Positions 1-8,944 of a DNA stretch of 64,000 nucleotides are shown here, piece by piece. The stretch comes from a virus, in the IMG/VR virus record IMGVR_UViG_3300044729_002129, positions 1-64,000 of that record; one strand, 5' to 3'. Below the pieces are notes generated by a model. That model saw only the letters and a list, made by a program, of their open reading frames with translations, had not been told where the DNA came from and made no database searches. Both the position numbers and the translations under genes were made by a program. Position 1 is the stretch's first letter. Every line of letters begins with the position of its first letter.

Positions 1-190
1 ATGGTTCTCCGTATTTTTTAATTTTATAGTATTCCATTTCCAACTCATATAGTCTTTGAGTTGTATCTAGTTTTTCAGACCATTTGGGATCTGCTAGAGA
101 ATTATCTGTTTGTTTCTCTAGTTTCTCTAGTTTCTCCAAACATTCCACTAAAAACTCATATTCTATTTTGGAAAGAATTACTTTTTTCAC
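1..190 (-). CDS. hypothetical protein, runs off window start
   Basis: Read manually: GTG at 190, VKKVILSKIEYEFLVECLEKLEKLEKQ..., open to position 1; GTGA overlap with upstream small ORF. Confidence 0.6.
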   Translation of the reverse strand, partial: MKKVILSKIEYEFLVECLEKLEKLEKQTDNSLADPKWSEKLDTTQRLYELEMEYYKIKKYGEP

Positions 191-306
191 TTCTCAGTTG
201 ATTTGGATTTCTTTTTACCAAAGATTCTATCAAAGTTTTTATCGTATTCTTTTTTATTAGTTGGTCTTTGTTTTGAACCTTTACCGGCTTGATTCTGGTT
301 GCTCAT
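187..306 (-). CDS. small basic phage protein (39 aa)
   Basis: Read manually: MSNQNQAGKGSKQRPTNKKEYDKNFDRIFGKKKSKSTEK; GKGS..RP....Y..NFDRIF resembles a recurrent small phage protein. Confidence 0.65.
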   Translation of the reverse strand: MSNQNQAGKGSKQRPTNKKEYDKNFDRIFGKKKSKSTEK

Positions 307-637
307 AAAATAATTGATATCCTTCCTCTATTGTTTCAAAAAACGAATTATTTGCATACATCTCAGAAGCGATTGATGTGTCACTTTTGAGATACTGAGA
401 ATTTACATTTTTCAAAGTAAATGCTCCGGTTGTATCATCGGTTTTTTCATATCCTACAAATAGGACACTGAAATTTTTGTCATGAAGCACATCATCAAAT
501 GCTCCATCGTAGTTATGAACATAAACGATATCTCGTTCACTCCATTTATTGTCGATTCGTGGACATACACATACTCTGGTTTCGCCATCAATAAATGCTT
601 TAAATACAAAAGCATTTGGTTTAATTAGTTCATTCAT
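281..637 (-). CDS. hypothetical protein
   Basis: ORF track 281..673; start moved to MNELIKP (637), which overlaps the stop of the upstream small gene. Confidence 0.65.
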   Translation of the reverse strand: MNELIKPNAFVFKAFIDGETRVCVCPRIDNKWSERDIVYVHNYDGAFDDVLHDKNFSVLFVGYEKTDDTTGAFTLKNVNSQYLKSDTSIASEMYANNSFFETIEEGYQLFYEQPESSR

Positions 638-809
638 ATTTTTCAGCACATTTACTGCAAAGTTGTCCTGCACCTTCTACATAGTTATAACGATAGTCAA
701 CATGTTTGTCTTTGGGTTCATTTGTATCAACCCCACAAACAATACATTCGTCCATTTCAGATGTTACTTTAAAATCTCCATTGGGTAATTTTTCAATTTT
801 ATTATTCAT
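630..809 (-). CDS. small zinc-finger-like phage protein (59 aa)
   Basis: Read manually: ...ECIVCGVDT...HVDYRYNYVEGAGQLCSKC; two CxxC pairs; fits operon packing. Confidence 0.75.
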   Translation of the reverse strand: MNNKIEKLPNGDFKVTSEMDECIVCGVDTNEPKDKHVDYRYNYVEGAGQLCSKCAEKYE

Positions 810-812
810 AAT

Positions 813-1154
813 TTATTTCCACAAAACTTGTAATGCAACAATTAAACCACATAACCCAATTAATACTAGAGTCTTGAGGCTTAACCGTTCATTGAAATAA
901 ATAGTGGTTAATATGGTGAACATAATGATACCAATACTAAATGTGAATATTCTGTTTGGCCACATTTTACCATTAAAATACTCGGTCAACAATCTAGTTG
1001 CATAAATTGATAACAATGTATTGGGCACGCTCAACCATATTAACCACAATTCGTACTTCTTATAGAAGTTATGAATAAACTGACCATATAATTGGTGCCA
1101 ACCAACTATATACACTACTATTAGTATTGATACTCCTAATAATAATTGGGTCAT
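813..1154 (-). CDS. small 4-TM membrane protein (DMT/EamA-like?)
   Basis: 113 aa, four hydrophobic segments, C-terminal F.E.LS.K..IG pattern. Confidence 0.5.
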   Translation of the reverse strand: MTQLLLGVSILIVVYIVGWHQLYGQFIHNFYKKYELWLIWLSVPNTLLSIYATRLLTEYFNGKMWPNRIFTFSIGIIMFTILTTIYFNERLSLKTLVLIGLCGLIVALQVLWK

Positions 1155-1345
1155 TTTTTTCTCAATATCGTATTGTTTTTATTAACAACTTCTTTGCAAA
1201 CTACACTACCTTTACTTAACTTAGCATAAAAGTTATCATATACATGAATCAAGTCATTTGGTTCAATCTTACTACCATCTTTTAACTTGGTATACTTTTT
1301 GATATCTGATTCGGTTAATTCAATTACATTATCAGCGCTCTTCAT
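1151..1345 (-). CDS. hypothetical protein
   Basis: ORF overlapping neighbours in operon. Confidence 0.6.
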   Translation of the reverse strand: MKSADNVIELTESDIKKYTKLKDGSKIEPNDLIHVYDNFYAKLSKGSVVCKEVVNKNNTILRKK

Positions 1346-1538
1346 ACATACCTCTCATTTCTTTGTAAGATACCTTATTAAACATTAAAGCGTCACCAAT
1401 ATGAATCATTTGCTCTGTTCTAGTAGCCCAAGGATGTCTAAGTGCAAAGACAACACTTGAAATAGATAAATAAAACAAAAAGATTAATGCACACCAAATA
1501 GCAATGTCTTTAAACAGTTTTGTTATACGATTCCACAT
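1332..1538 (-). CDS. hypothetical membrane protein
   Basis: One hydrophobic segment; operon packing. Confidence 0.55.
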   Translation of the reverse strand: MWNRITKLFKDIAIWCALIFLFYLSISSVVFALRHPWATRTEQMIHIGDALMFNKVSYKEMRGMYEER

Positions 1539-1890
1539 AACTAATAATATTTTGTTTACCCACGGGATTCATACTATGTACTTGATATGGAGGATGTTTC
1601 ACACCCTTCTTCATACAATAATCAACTAACCACTTAGCACAATCATATCCAGTCTTTTCTGCATATTGATCATATGGAATATCATCATTTTTTAAACCAT
1701 GACCATAATGTTTATCTGCAAGATCATGATCGTAGGTTACAAACTTAGGAATTCCTCTGAGTGTAATTAGATCAACAAACTCTTGATAGTTTCTTACAAG
1801 ACTATAGTGCTGATTAGCAGGCAAATCTACCCACGTTACATGATTGGGGAGCCTAACATCATCCAGAAATAAATTGTAATTTGTTATCAT
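1510..1890 (-). CDS. cyclic-phosphate-processing receiver-like (cREC) domain protein
   Basis: LFLDDVR.P, YDHDL, TGYDCAKWL, HSMNPVG motifs. Confidence 0.75.
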   Translation of the reverse strand: MITNYNLFLDDVRLPNHVTWVDLPANQHYSLVRNYQEFVDLITLRGIPKFVTYDHDLADKHYGHGLKNDDIPYDQYAEKTGYDCAKWLVDYCMKKGVKHPPYQVHSMNPVGKQNIISYVESYNKTV

Positions 1891-2072
1891 TTTTTAATTT
1901 TCTCTTCTAAGTATAGAGTATATCTAGCTTGTTGTCTACAATTAACTAGTTTAGAACCTAAGAAATCTGCTTTAATGACACGAATACCTTTTGAACCATA
2001 TTCGTTCATTATAGTTTCCAATTCTTCGGTAGTAGATACATTATGTATTCTAACACTATATTTGTATTTCAT
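1887..2072 (-). CDS. hypothetical protein
   Basis: ATGA-coupled ORF. Confidence 0.6.
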   Translation of the reverse strand: MKYKYSVRIHNVSTTEELETIMNEYGSKGIRVIKADFLGSKLVNCRQQARYTLYLEEKIKK

Positions 2073-2212
2073 CTGCTTGGAAGTACCAAACTGCTTAAGT
2101 CTGGTACAGTATAACCTTGTTTAATTAGTTCACGGGTTTGTTTTACAAGTCGGTCAAAATAAGCCAACTTCATCTTTATCTCTTCTTTTTCTTTCTTGGT
2201 CTGTTTTTTCAT
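2069..2212 (-). CDS. hypothetical protein (47 aa)
   Basis: Read manually: MKKQTKKEKEEIKMKLAYFDRLVKQ...; ATGA overlaps at both ends. Confidence 0.7.
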   Translation of the reverse strand: MKKQTKKEKEEIKMKLAYFDRLVKQTRELIKQGYTVPDLSSLVLPSR

Positions 2213-3423
2213 ACAGCTACATCAAACTTAATTGTTGGATGAAACTCATAATCTAATAGTTTGATATCATCATACTTGAAATCAAACAGTGATTTAACTT
2301 CTGGATTCAACCAAACTCTAGGTAGTTTCTTTGGTTCTCTAGTTAATTGTAACTTCAATCCGTCAATGTGATTTACATAAATATGCGTATCACCCATTGA
2401 ATGCGTAAACATACCTGGAACCATATTAACAGTTTGCGCAATCATAGCAGTTAACAGCGCATAACTTGCAATATTAAATGGCTTTCCAAGTGCAGTGTCC
2501 ACGGATCTTTGGTATAACAAACAATTCAAACGACGAGTTGGAATATTGTCCTCGTTCAGTTTTTGAATGATCCACACATCAGATTTAGGAAGATTTACAG
2601 GACCAACTTGTTTCTGTAAAATATCAATTCGTTCTTCCAAAGTCAATTCTTCTGTATGAAAGTGGAAAAGACAATGACAGGGTGGCAATGCGCAATGATC
2701 TACCCAGTGTGGATGCCATGCACTCACAATCATACGACGATCATCTGGATTGTTCTTTAACTTTTCAAGAACTTTTGTAATTTGATCAATTCTTCCTAGA
2801 AAAGTTAATGGTTCATCTCCACAATACGTTCCCTTTGTTCCTAAAGATTTGAATTTTGGCATCGTTGATGGATCGGTTTTATCAACAATTGTAAAAAATG
2901 GAAAATCCCGCCACATTCCACCATAAGTTCCTTCACCAAGCTCACCCCATTCCTTAGCAAATTCAACATCATTTTTGATTCGGTCAATGAATTTATTTTG
3001 TTTTTCCTGTATTGATTTCTTGATACTATCAACCACATCAAAATCATCTGGTTCTAACTTGGAAGCCAATACTCGTTTTTCTTGATTAGACAACAATAAT
3101 TCATCTGCTAACATTAATCCACCCAATCTTGGTTTGACTTTCTGATAACGAGAAAATGCCCATTCATTCCAAATACGAACATTATTATCAACCAGATACT
3201 TGATGTTGGTATCTCCACTGATAAACCAAAGCAATTCATGCACGATTGCTGGCCAATGAACTTTCTTGGTGGTTAATAGAGGAAATGCGTTTAGATCCAC
3301 ATTGTATTTGGCTTGAGCACCAAAAATACCAATGGTATCTACACCAGTTCGGTTCTTTTTAAGTCTTCCGTTTGTCAAAATATCATTGACAATTCTGAAA
3401 TATTCTGTGTCTACTTTGTTCAT
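2209..3423 (-). CDS. thyA: thymidylate synthase with large insertions
   Basis: NRTGVDT, FPLLTTKK, ELLWF, IWNEW, RRMIVSAW, LPPCH, YQRSVD, PFNIASY, HIYVNH; start moved to MNKVD (3423). Confidence 0.95.
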   Translation of the reverse strand: MNKVDTEYFRIVNDILTNGRLKKNRTGVDTIGIFGAQAKYNVDLNAFPLLTTKKVHWPAIVHELLWFISGDTNIKYLVDNNVRIWNEWAFSRYQKVKPRLGGLMLADELLLSNQEKRVLASKLEPDDFDVVDSIKKSIQEKQNKFIDRIKNDVEFAKEWGELGEGTYGGMWRDFPFFTIVDKTDPSTMPKFKSLGTKGTYCGDEPLTFLGRIDQITKVLEKLKNNPDDRRMIVSAWHPHWVDHCALPPCHCLFHFHTEELTLEERIDILQKQVGPVNLPKSDVWIIQKLNEDNIPTRRLNCLLYQRSVDTALGKPFNIASYALLTAMIAQTVNMVPGMFTHSMGDTHIYVNHIDGLKLQLTREPKKLPRVWLNPEVKSLFDFKYDDIKLLDYEFHPTIKFDVAV

Positions 3424-3424
3424 A

Positions 3425-3922
3425 TTACTTAGTATACTTGATAACTTTGTGTATGTCAAATTCTTTTACAACTTCTTTATTAGTAAACAAATCTTCAAAT
3501 GGTGGCATAAATGTATCACCCTCATAACTACCATTTACATGCGTAACATAAAATTCTGTAATATATGGTAATAATCTAACATATGTTTTAGCTCCACCCG
3601 CAACAATTATGTCTGGATCATTATTTAAATCCATCAAAGATATGTCGGTTGTATCTATAAGTTTACCACTAAGATTGTTTTTGTTAACAAAATATTGATT
3701 TTGAATATAAGCATCCAATTCTTCAATTCTTCTTGTTAATACCAGAATTTCTCTGTTTTTCAAAAATGGTAATGTATCAAATGTATTTTTACCCACAATA
3801 AGTTTTTTACCCATCGTAAATTCTTTAAACCATCTGAAATCTTCCTTGATACTTGGCCATGGCAATCCACCATTCTTGCCTATAACCCTATTTTGTGCCA
3901 TTGCAATTATTGCTTTCATCAA
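3425..3922 (-). CDS. folA: dihydrofolate reductase
   Basis: IIAMAQNRVIGKNGGLPW, EDFRWFK..T, GKNTF, AGGAKTY, GDTFMP; adjacent to thyA. Confidence 0.93.
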   Translation of the reverse strand: MMKAIIAMAQNRVIGKNGGLPWPSIKEDFRWFKEFTMGKKLIVGKNTFDTLPFLKNREILVLTRRIEELDAYIQNQYFVNKNNLSGKLIDTTDISLMDLNNDPDIIVAGGAKTYVRLLPYITEFYVTHVNGSYEGDTFMPPFEDLFTNKEVVKEFDIHKVIKYTK

Positions 3923-3925
3923 TAA

Positions 3926-4417
3926 TTAATATAGAGACTTAATTGCTGATTCTAATGTTAGAAGTCGAACATGAAGTGCTTTTAGTTCCGATAGAACTTG
4001 ATCACGATTTTCTAGTGGTTCAACGTGTTTTGATACGTCAAATTGAGAATTTTCTAAAACACATCCCAAATGATCTGTTCCAGATAGATAATCATATTCT
4101 ACCTCACTTGTGTCTTTTCCACAATATCTACACATCCACTTTGAACGTAGTTCAGAATCTTCAATACGTCGATTCTCTATAATGGTGTTCAATCTATTTA
4201 GAATAGAAGCAACCTCTTCATTGGATGTTGCACTAGAAATATCACAAGCCCAATTAGCTGCGCCATCCTCTTGACCCTCCAAATCAGGCCAAATCTTGAT
4301 AAGTTCTTTCTCAATCAATTCCATGTATGGATCGATTTGTTTGTTTTGAATATCTCGTATGGCACGAGCGTAGGTTATGATAATGTTTTTGCTTGTGTTT
4401 TTAGGTGTTGAGTTCAT
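3926..4417 (-). CDS. hypothetical protein with CxxC...HxxC module
   Basis: CRYCGKDT...DHLGC. Confidence 0.6.
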   Translation of the reverse strand: MNSTPKNTSKNIIITYARAIRDIQNKQIDPYMELIEKELIKIWPDLEGQEDGAANWACDISSATSNEEVASILNRLNTIIENRRIEDSELRSKWMCRYCGKDTSEVEYDYLSGTDHLGCVLENSQFDVSKHVEPLENRDQVLSELKALHVRLLTLESAIKSLY

Positions 4418-4418
4418 A

Positions 4419-4580
4419 TTATTTTGTTAAAAACTTAATTACTTCTTTGACTGTGAAGTAGAACAGAAATGGAATTAGTACCGTAAAGAATATTGATAAT
4501 ACTAGTATTAGTCCCAATGCAAATATAGTACCAAAGATTAATCCAATAATCAAGTCTATAAGTTTATATATTTTATTCAT
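4419..4580 (-). CDS. small membrane protein (53 aa)
   Basis: Read manually: MNKIYKLIDLIIGLIFGTIFALGLILVLSIFFTVLIPFLFYF...; fills gap in operon. Confidence 0.6.
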   Translation of the reverse strand: MNKIYKLIDLIIGLIFGTIFALGLILVLSIFFTVLIPFLFYFTVKEVIKFLTK

Positions 4581-4845
4581 CTTTTAAAAATCTGTTGTAA
4601 ATTAACTTGCCAAGATTAGCCGCAAATTTTCTTGCTTTCTTTTCCGGTAAATCATACAAATGTGCATGAAATACTTCTTCAATTAATACATTTAATTGTC
4701 TACGAGTTTTCAAAGTGGGATCAACAAGTATTGCAGGATTTTTAATGTCTGGATTATCACACAAACCAGATGCTTTATATTTTGGTAGTGGTTTATTGTA
4801 ATTAACTGTATATTGTATTCCTTCAAAATTCTTGAACTTCATCAT
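4573..4845 (-). CDS. hypothetical protein, zincin-like with EExxH
   Basis: GLCD...LNVLIEEVFHAH. Confidence 0.5.
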   Translation of the reverse strand: MMKFKNFEGIQYTVNYNKPLPKYKASGLCDNPDIKNPAILVDPTLKTRRQLNVLIEEVFHAHLYDLPEKKARKFAANLGKLIYNRFLKDE

Positions 4846-5027
4846 TCACCTTTCACAAAACTTTTCTTTGTTTCTTTAAGAAGAATACTGATATCATCAA
4901 GACTACGCACTCTGTCACGATAAAGAATCTCCGTCTTAACACGTTCTTCATCAATAAGTTTAATTAACTCATTGAGCTTTTGCATTGTGACTACTGGTTT
5001 TAGCCGTTCGAATTCATTTACATTCAT
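4842..5027 (-). CDS. hypothetical protein
   Basis: Overlapping ORF in operon. Confidence 0.55.
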   Translation of the reverse strand: MNVNEFERLKPVVTMQKLNELIKLIDEERVKTEILYRDRVRSLDDISILLKETKKSFVKGE

Positions 5028-5268
5028 TTAGAAACTCCTTTAATTGTTTTTGGTTTTCTGTATTTAGAATTAAAAAATCAGACCATGGTTTACCATGTAT
5101 AAGAATTTGCCAACACCATCTTAGTCTTTCACGCCATGGTAAAACTCTACCACTTAATCCTCGTTCAAATAAGCTCAAAGATACTTCATTTTCATCTTTA
5201 AATTTTTCCACAAGAAGTCCGTGTTCGTAACAATCGCAAATCAAAAAGATTGAGTCTGGGTCTTTCAT
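5014..5268 (-). CDS. hypothetical protein
   Basis: CDC..H motif; operon packing. Confidence 0.6.
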   Translation of the reverse strand: MKDPDSIFLICDCYEHGLLVEKFKDENEVSLSLFERGLSGRVLPWRERLRWCWQILIHGKPWSDFLILNTENQKQLKEFLNECK

Positions 5269-5852
5269 ATTTTTAAAAATCGTTCAACGTTCCAAATTTT
5301 GTAAGTTATCCACGTTGCAGATTTATGAATAGTTCTACAAATAAAAGTAATCGATTTATTATAAGGTTTACCAATCAATCTGTAAAATAGTGTATATTCA
5401 AATTTTTGTCTATTTGTCCAATATTCAACATCCTTCCGGTGTTTTTCTTTACGTTCACTGTTATCAGTTGCGGTAAATTCTAACAATTTAGCTCCAGTAA
5501 CCTTGCCATCTACAAATGTTACATCATATTCAATCCAATAATCATATGTTTCATTAGTATCACTATCATAGGCATATAATCGGATTGTATCTGTTATAGG
5601 AAAAATTTGTTGCCACCAAACTTTGATTTCCTTACGAGAAGGCAACTTATCAAGTAAAGTTTTAGCATTTGGGTTACCGTCAGTGTATTCATACTCTGCA
5701 CAACGCAACCAAAGTTTACCATCTTCACGGATTTCATACAAATCCATTGCGTTGTCAAAATCCTTGGTTTGATACTTGTTATTACAATAACCTTTAGGAT
5801 CTTCAGGTAACGGAAGTGGATATTTACACACTATGTCATCAAACATTCCCAT
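5265..5852 (-). CDS. conserved phage hypothetical protein
   Basis: MGMFD....C..PLP...QTKD......Y.I..DG.L pattern typical of large phages. Confidence 0.65.
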   Translation of the reverse strand: MGMFDDIVCKYPLPLPEDPKGYCNNKYQTKDFDNAMDLYEIREDGKLWLRCAEYEYTDGNPNAKTLLDKLPSRKEIKVWWQQIFPITDTIRLYAYDSDTNETYDYWIEYDVTFVDGKVTGAKLLEFTATDNSERKEKHRKDVEYWTNRQKFEYTLFYRLIGKPYNKSITFICRTIHKSATWITYKIWNVERFLKI

Positions 5853-5855
5853 AAA

Positions 5856-6089
5856 TTAATTTCCTCTATTTTTGTGTTCTTGAATATCATAAAGAAAATC
5901 ACGAAATGAAATATAATCATCAATATCTACTTGTGGTACTCCATCAACTTCATAATCTTTGATATAGTCCAAAATGATATCAACATAATAGCCTGGAATG
6001 GTAATTGTTTTACCATCAAACTTAAGGTCATCATGTTGAATAATGATGGGATTGTTTACTTTGTCTTTAATAGTTAGTTCTTTTTCCAT
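5856..6089 (-). CDS. hypothetical protein
   Basis: First gene after a sigma70-like promoter. Confidence 0.6.
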   Translation of the reverse strand: MEKELTIKDKVNNPIIIQHDDLKFDGKTITIPGYYVDIILDYIKDYEVDGVPQVDIDDYISFRDFLYDIQEHKNRGN

Positions 6090-6095
6090 AGTGGT

Positions 6096-6124
6096 ATCCT
6101 AGATTAACTATCAAACTTTGTCAA
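6096..6124 (-). promoter_or_regulatory. sigma70-like promoter TTGACA-N17-TAGGAT
   Basis: Near-consensus boxes, 17-bp spacer, ATG 6 nt after the -10 box. Confidence 0.7.
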
Positions 6125-6169
6125 TATAAAAAATTTATAATTTTAAAATTTTATATGTATATTTGAGTT

Positions 6170-7237
6170 ATGGAAGTAAAAGAAATTATAATAGTTGATG
6201 CATATATAAAACACCAATCTTTGGAAAATTTGTTTTGTGAACAACTTGAATGGTTTAAATCGATTAACATTCCTGTTTTAGTAAATTCCAACACCATATT
6301 ATCAGAACGAATTTTGAATATGGTGGACTATTATTTTTATGATAAAAACAATGTGTTGTTTAATGAGTCAGACTTTGATCAGATTGATAAAAGTTTCTAT
6401 AGGTTTTCAGATGGAAGCATTTCGGTTAGAATACAAAACTTAAACTTTCAAAGACACGCTTTATCTGTAATAGTTAATTTGTTAAATTCCCTTTATTTAG
6501 CTAAAAGTCTCGGGTTTACACATTTTCATAGATTTGAATATGATAGCGTAGGCGGACCAATAATGGCGGATATTGTGAAGAATATGAACGCATTATGCAA
6601 AGATAAAAAAGGATTTGTGTATATGACAAACCAATACAAAGTTGATGATGCGTCTTTTAAAAACGGAATTAACCCATATTATTTTTATTTTGAAATCGAT
6701 TATTTTTTAAGGAACGTTGATAAAATAAGTGATAAATTATCATATTTTGCGTATTTAGAAAAAATTAATTTGGGCCGTTCTTATTTAAGTTACGAACGTT
6801 TTATAGCAGAAAATATCGTGCGTAATGATCTAAGTTTTAGATCCAATTTAATTATTAATTATAATAAAACACCAAACGACTATTTTAAAGATTATTTGAT
6901 GGATCGATCTCACTCTACTATGAATTATATATCTGATAAGGTATATGAACAGGGTTATTTTGTGTGTTTTTGCAAATTGGTAGGATCTTCACCAACTAAT
7001 CCATCCCAAATTGTAATTTATCAAGATAATTTGTCTGACAAAGTAGTTAATTTTAAGCTTGTAGTATATGATACCAATGAAAATGTTCGTGATGTTTGTG
7101 ACAGAAATATTCCACCATACATAAAAATGTGGGACGTTACAGAACACGTTTCAAAGGTAGAAATATATGATTTATATACAAATTTACTAGTAGACACGAT
7201 ATATAACAAAGATGTTAAAAACGAATTTTTAGTCTAA
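6170..7237 (+). CDS. putative GT-A-like protein, ExD paralog family
   Basis: YDKNN...HALSV..N...AKSLGFTHFHRFEYD; aligns by eye with 13725, 17990, 24574, 25595. Confidence 0.55.
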   Translation: MEVKEIIIVDAYIKHQSLENLFCEQLEWFKSINIPVLVNSNTILSERILNMVDYYFYDKNNVLFNESDFDQIDKSFYRFSDGSISVRIQNLNFQRHALSVIVNLLNSLYLAKSLGFTHFHRFEYDSVGGPIMADIVKNMNALCKDKKGFVYMTNQYKVDDASFKNGINPYYFYFEIDYFLRNVDKISDKLSYFAYLEKINLGRSYLSYERFIAENIVRNDLSFRSNLIINYNKTPNDYFKDYLMDRSHSTMNYISDKVYEQGYFVCFCKLVGSSPTNPSQIVIYQDNLSDKVVNFKLVVYDTNENVRDVCDRNIPPYIKMWDVTEHVSKVEIYDLYTNLLVDTIYNKDVKNEFLV

Positions 7238-7238
7238 A

Positions 7239-8081
7239 ATGAAAGGAATTATTTTAGCTGGAGGCACTGGTAGTAGATTATATCCATTAACCAGTACGAT
7301 AAATAAACAATTGTTGCCTGTTTATGACAAGCCAATGATTTATTATCCATTTAACACATTAATTACATGCGGAATTACTGAATTTTGTATCATCTCCTCA
7401 CCAGATTATTTACCTCAATATGAAAAGTTATTCGGCGATGGAAGTCAATTAGGTTTAAAAATTACCTATAAAGTTCAGTACAAACCCAGAGGCATAGCTG
7501 AAAGTTTTATTATCGCTGAAGATTTTATTGATAAAGATAATGTTGCTTTGATCCTTGGTGATAATATATTCCATGGAATGCCTAGAGTCAAGCCTACACT
7601 TACAGGTGCAATTATTTTTGGTTATGAAGTTAATGATCCTAAAGCTTATGGAGTTATTGAGTTTGGTGAGGATAATAAGGTTTTAAGCATAGAAGAAAAA
7701 CCAACTCAACCCAAAAGCAATTATGCGGTACCTGGTTTATACTTTTATGATAATAAGGTGGTCGAATATGCTAAAACACTCAAACCTTCAGCAAGAGGTG
7801 AGCTTGAAATAACTGATTTGAATTTAATATATCTTGACAGGGGCGAACTTACTGCTATAAAATTTGCAAGAGGCACAGCATGGCTTGATGCTGGAAGTGC
7901 TGAAACATTATTTGAAAGTAGTGCTTATATACAAGCAATTCAATCTAGACAGGGTATAAAAATAGGATGCATAGAAGAAGAGTGCTTGAAGCGCAAATTA
8001 ATAAATAAAGCGCAACTTAAAAACCTCATTGACAAATTACCAAATTGCGAATATAAGCAATACTTAAACAAATTATTATGA
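7239..8081 (+). CDS. rmlA: glucose-1-phosphate thymidylyltransferase
   Basis: GIILAGGTGSRLYPLT, KQLLPVYDKPMIYYP, LGDNIF, EEKP, SARGELEITD, WLDAG. Confidence 0.95.
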   Translation: MKGIILAGGTGSRLYPLTSTINKQLLPVYDKPMIYYPFNTLITCGITEFCIISSPDYLPQYEKLFGDGSQLGLKITYKVQYKPRGIAESFIIAEDFIDKDNVALILGDNIFHGMPRVKPTLTGAIIFGYEVNDPKAYGVIEFGEDNKVLSIEEKPTQPKSNYAVPGLYFYDNKVVEYAKTLKPSARGELEITDLNLIYLDRGELTAIKFARGTAWLDAGSAETLFESSAYIQAIQSRQGIKIGCIEEECLKRKLINKAQLKNLIDKLPNCEYKQYLNKLL

Positions 8082-8944
8082 TTATACTATTCGGCGCAAC
8101 AGGCTATATTGGTAGCGAATTTAAAAAGCAACTTGCAGAGCTTAAGCTTCCTGTATTTTTATGGCCAAATACCAAAACAACCACTTTTCAAGATTTAGAA
8201 AAATGGTATGACGAAGCTGGTTATCCATTAATAGGCGCTGCAATCAATGCGGCTGGTTATACTGGTAAACCAAATGTTGATGCTTGTGAATTGTATAAAG
8301 AAGATACAATTCACGGCAATATTGTATGGCCACAAATTTTAACCGATTGGTGTATGTTAAATGATATTCCATTGGGTCATGTATCTAGCGGTTGTATTTA
8401 TGAGGGTAGACGATCCGATGGTCAACCATTCACAGAAGAGGACGAGCCAAACTTTAGTTTTAAATATAACAATAGTAGTTTCTATAGTGGTACTAAGACT
8501 ATCGCGGAACAAATTGTGGGTAAATGGGAAAAGAGTTATATTTGGAGATTAAGAATTCCCTTCGAAGAATTTGATAACTCCAGAAACTATATCACTAAGA
8601 TTTTGAAGTATGAACGACTATTAGATGCTGAAAATAGTGTAAGCAACAAACAAGAGTTCGTAAGCGCTTGTATTCAAACACTAAACAAAAAGGTTCCATA
8701 TGGTATCTACAACGTAACCAATGGTGGATATATTACCACCAAAGGTGTAACAGAAAAGTTTAAAAATACAATTGCTAAAGATAAAACCTTCACATTTGTA
8801 GAAGAAGACGAATTCTATAAGAATGTGGTCAAGACTCCACGTTCAAATTGCGTGATGAGCAATGAAAAATTGTTGTCAACTGGTATCAAAATGAGAACCG
8901 CAGAAGAAGCCTTTGATTATTGTATTAACAACTGGACCATATGA
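8078..8944 (+). CDS. NDP-4-keto-6-deoxyglucose 3,5-epimerase/4-reductase (NRS/ER-like, RmlD superfamily)
   Basis: GATGYIG, AGYTGKPNVDACE, SSGCIY, EEDEPNF, SFYSGTK, LRIPF, RNYITKI. Confidence 0.8.
   Translation: MIILFGATGYIGSEFKKQLAELKLPVFLWPNTKTTTFQDLEKWYDEAGYPLIGAAINAAGYTGKPNVDACELYKEDTIHGNIVWPQILTDWCMLNDIPLGHVSSGCIYEGRRSDGQPFTEEDEPNFSFKYNNSSFYSGTKTIAEQIVGKWEKSYIWRLRIPFEEFDNSRNYITKILKYERLLDAENSVSNKQEFVSACIQTLNKKVPYGIYNVTNGGYITTKGVTEKFKNTIAKDKTFTFVEEDEFYKNVVKTPRSNCVMSNEKLLSTGIKMRTAEEAFDYCINNWTI

Noticed and set aside
113-137. 9-bp tandem repeat GTTTCTCTA
   Set aside because: Encodes EKL-EKL-EK in a coding helix; under three copies
671-682. ATG-TAG in frame upstream of ORF 281..673, suggesting TAG readthrough
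   Set aside because: Region belongs to the 630..809 zinc-finger gene in another frame; true start is likely 637
2209-3423. T4-like hmC glucosylation explaining the GT genes
   Set aside because: ThyA keeps the dUMP-specific Asn and no hydroxymethylase is seen in the window; a gene elsewhere cannot be excluded
6121-6169. Loose inverted repeats in a divergent intergenic region
   Set aside because: A/T-only low complexity; symmetry expected by chance
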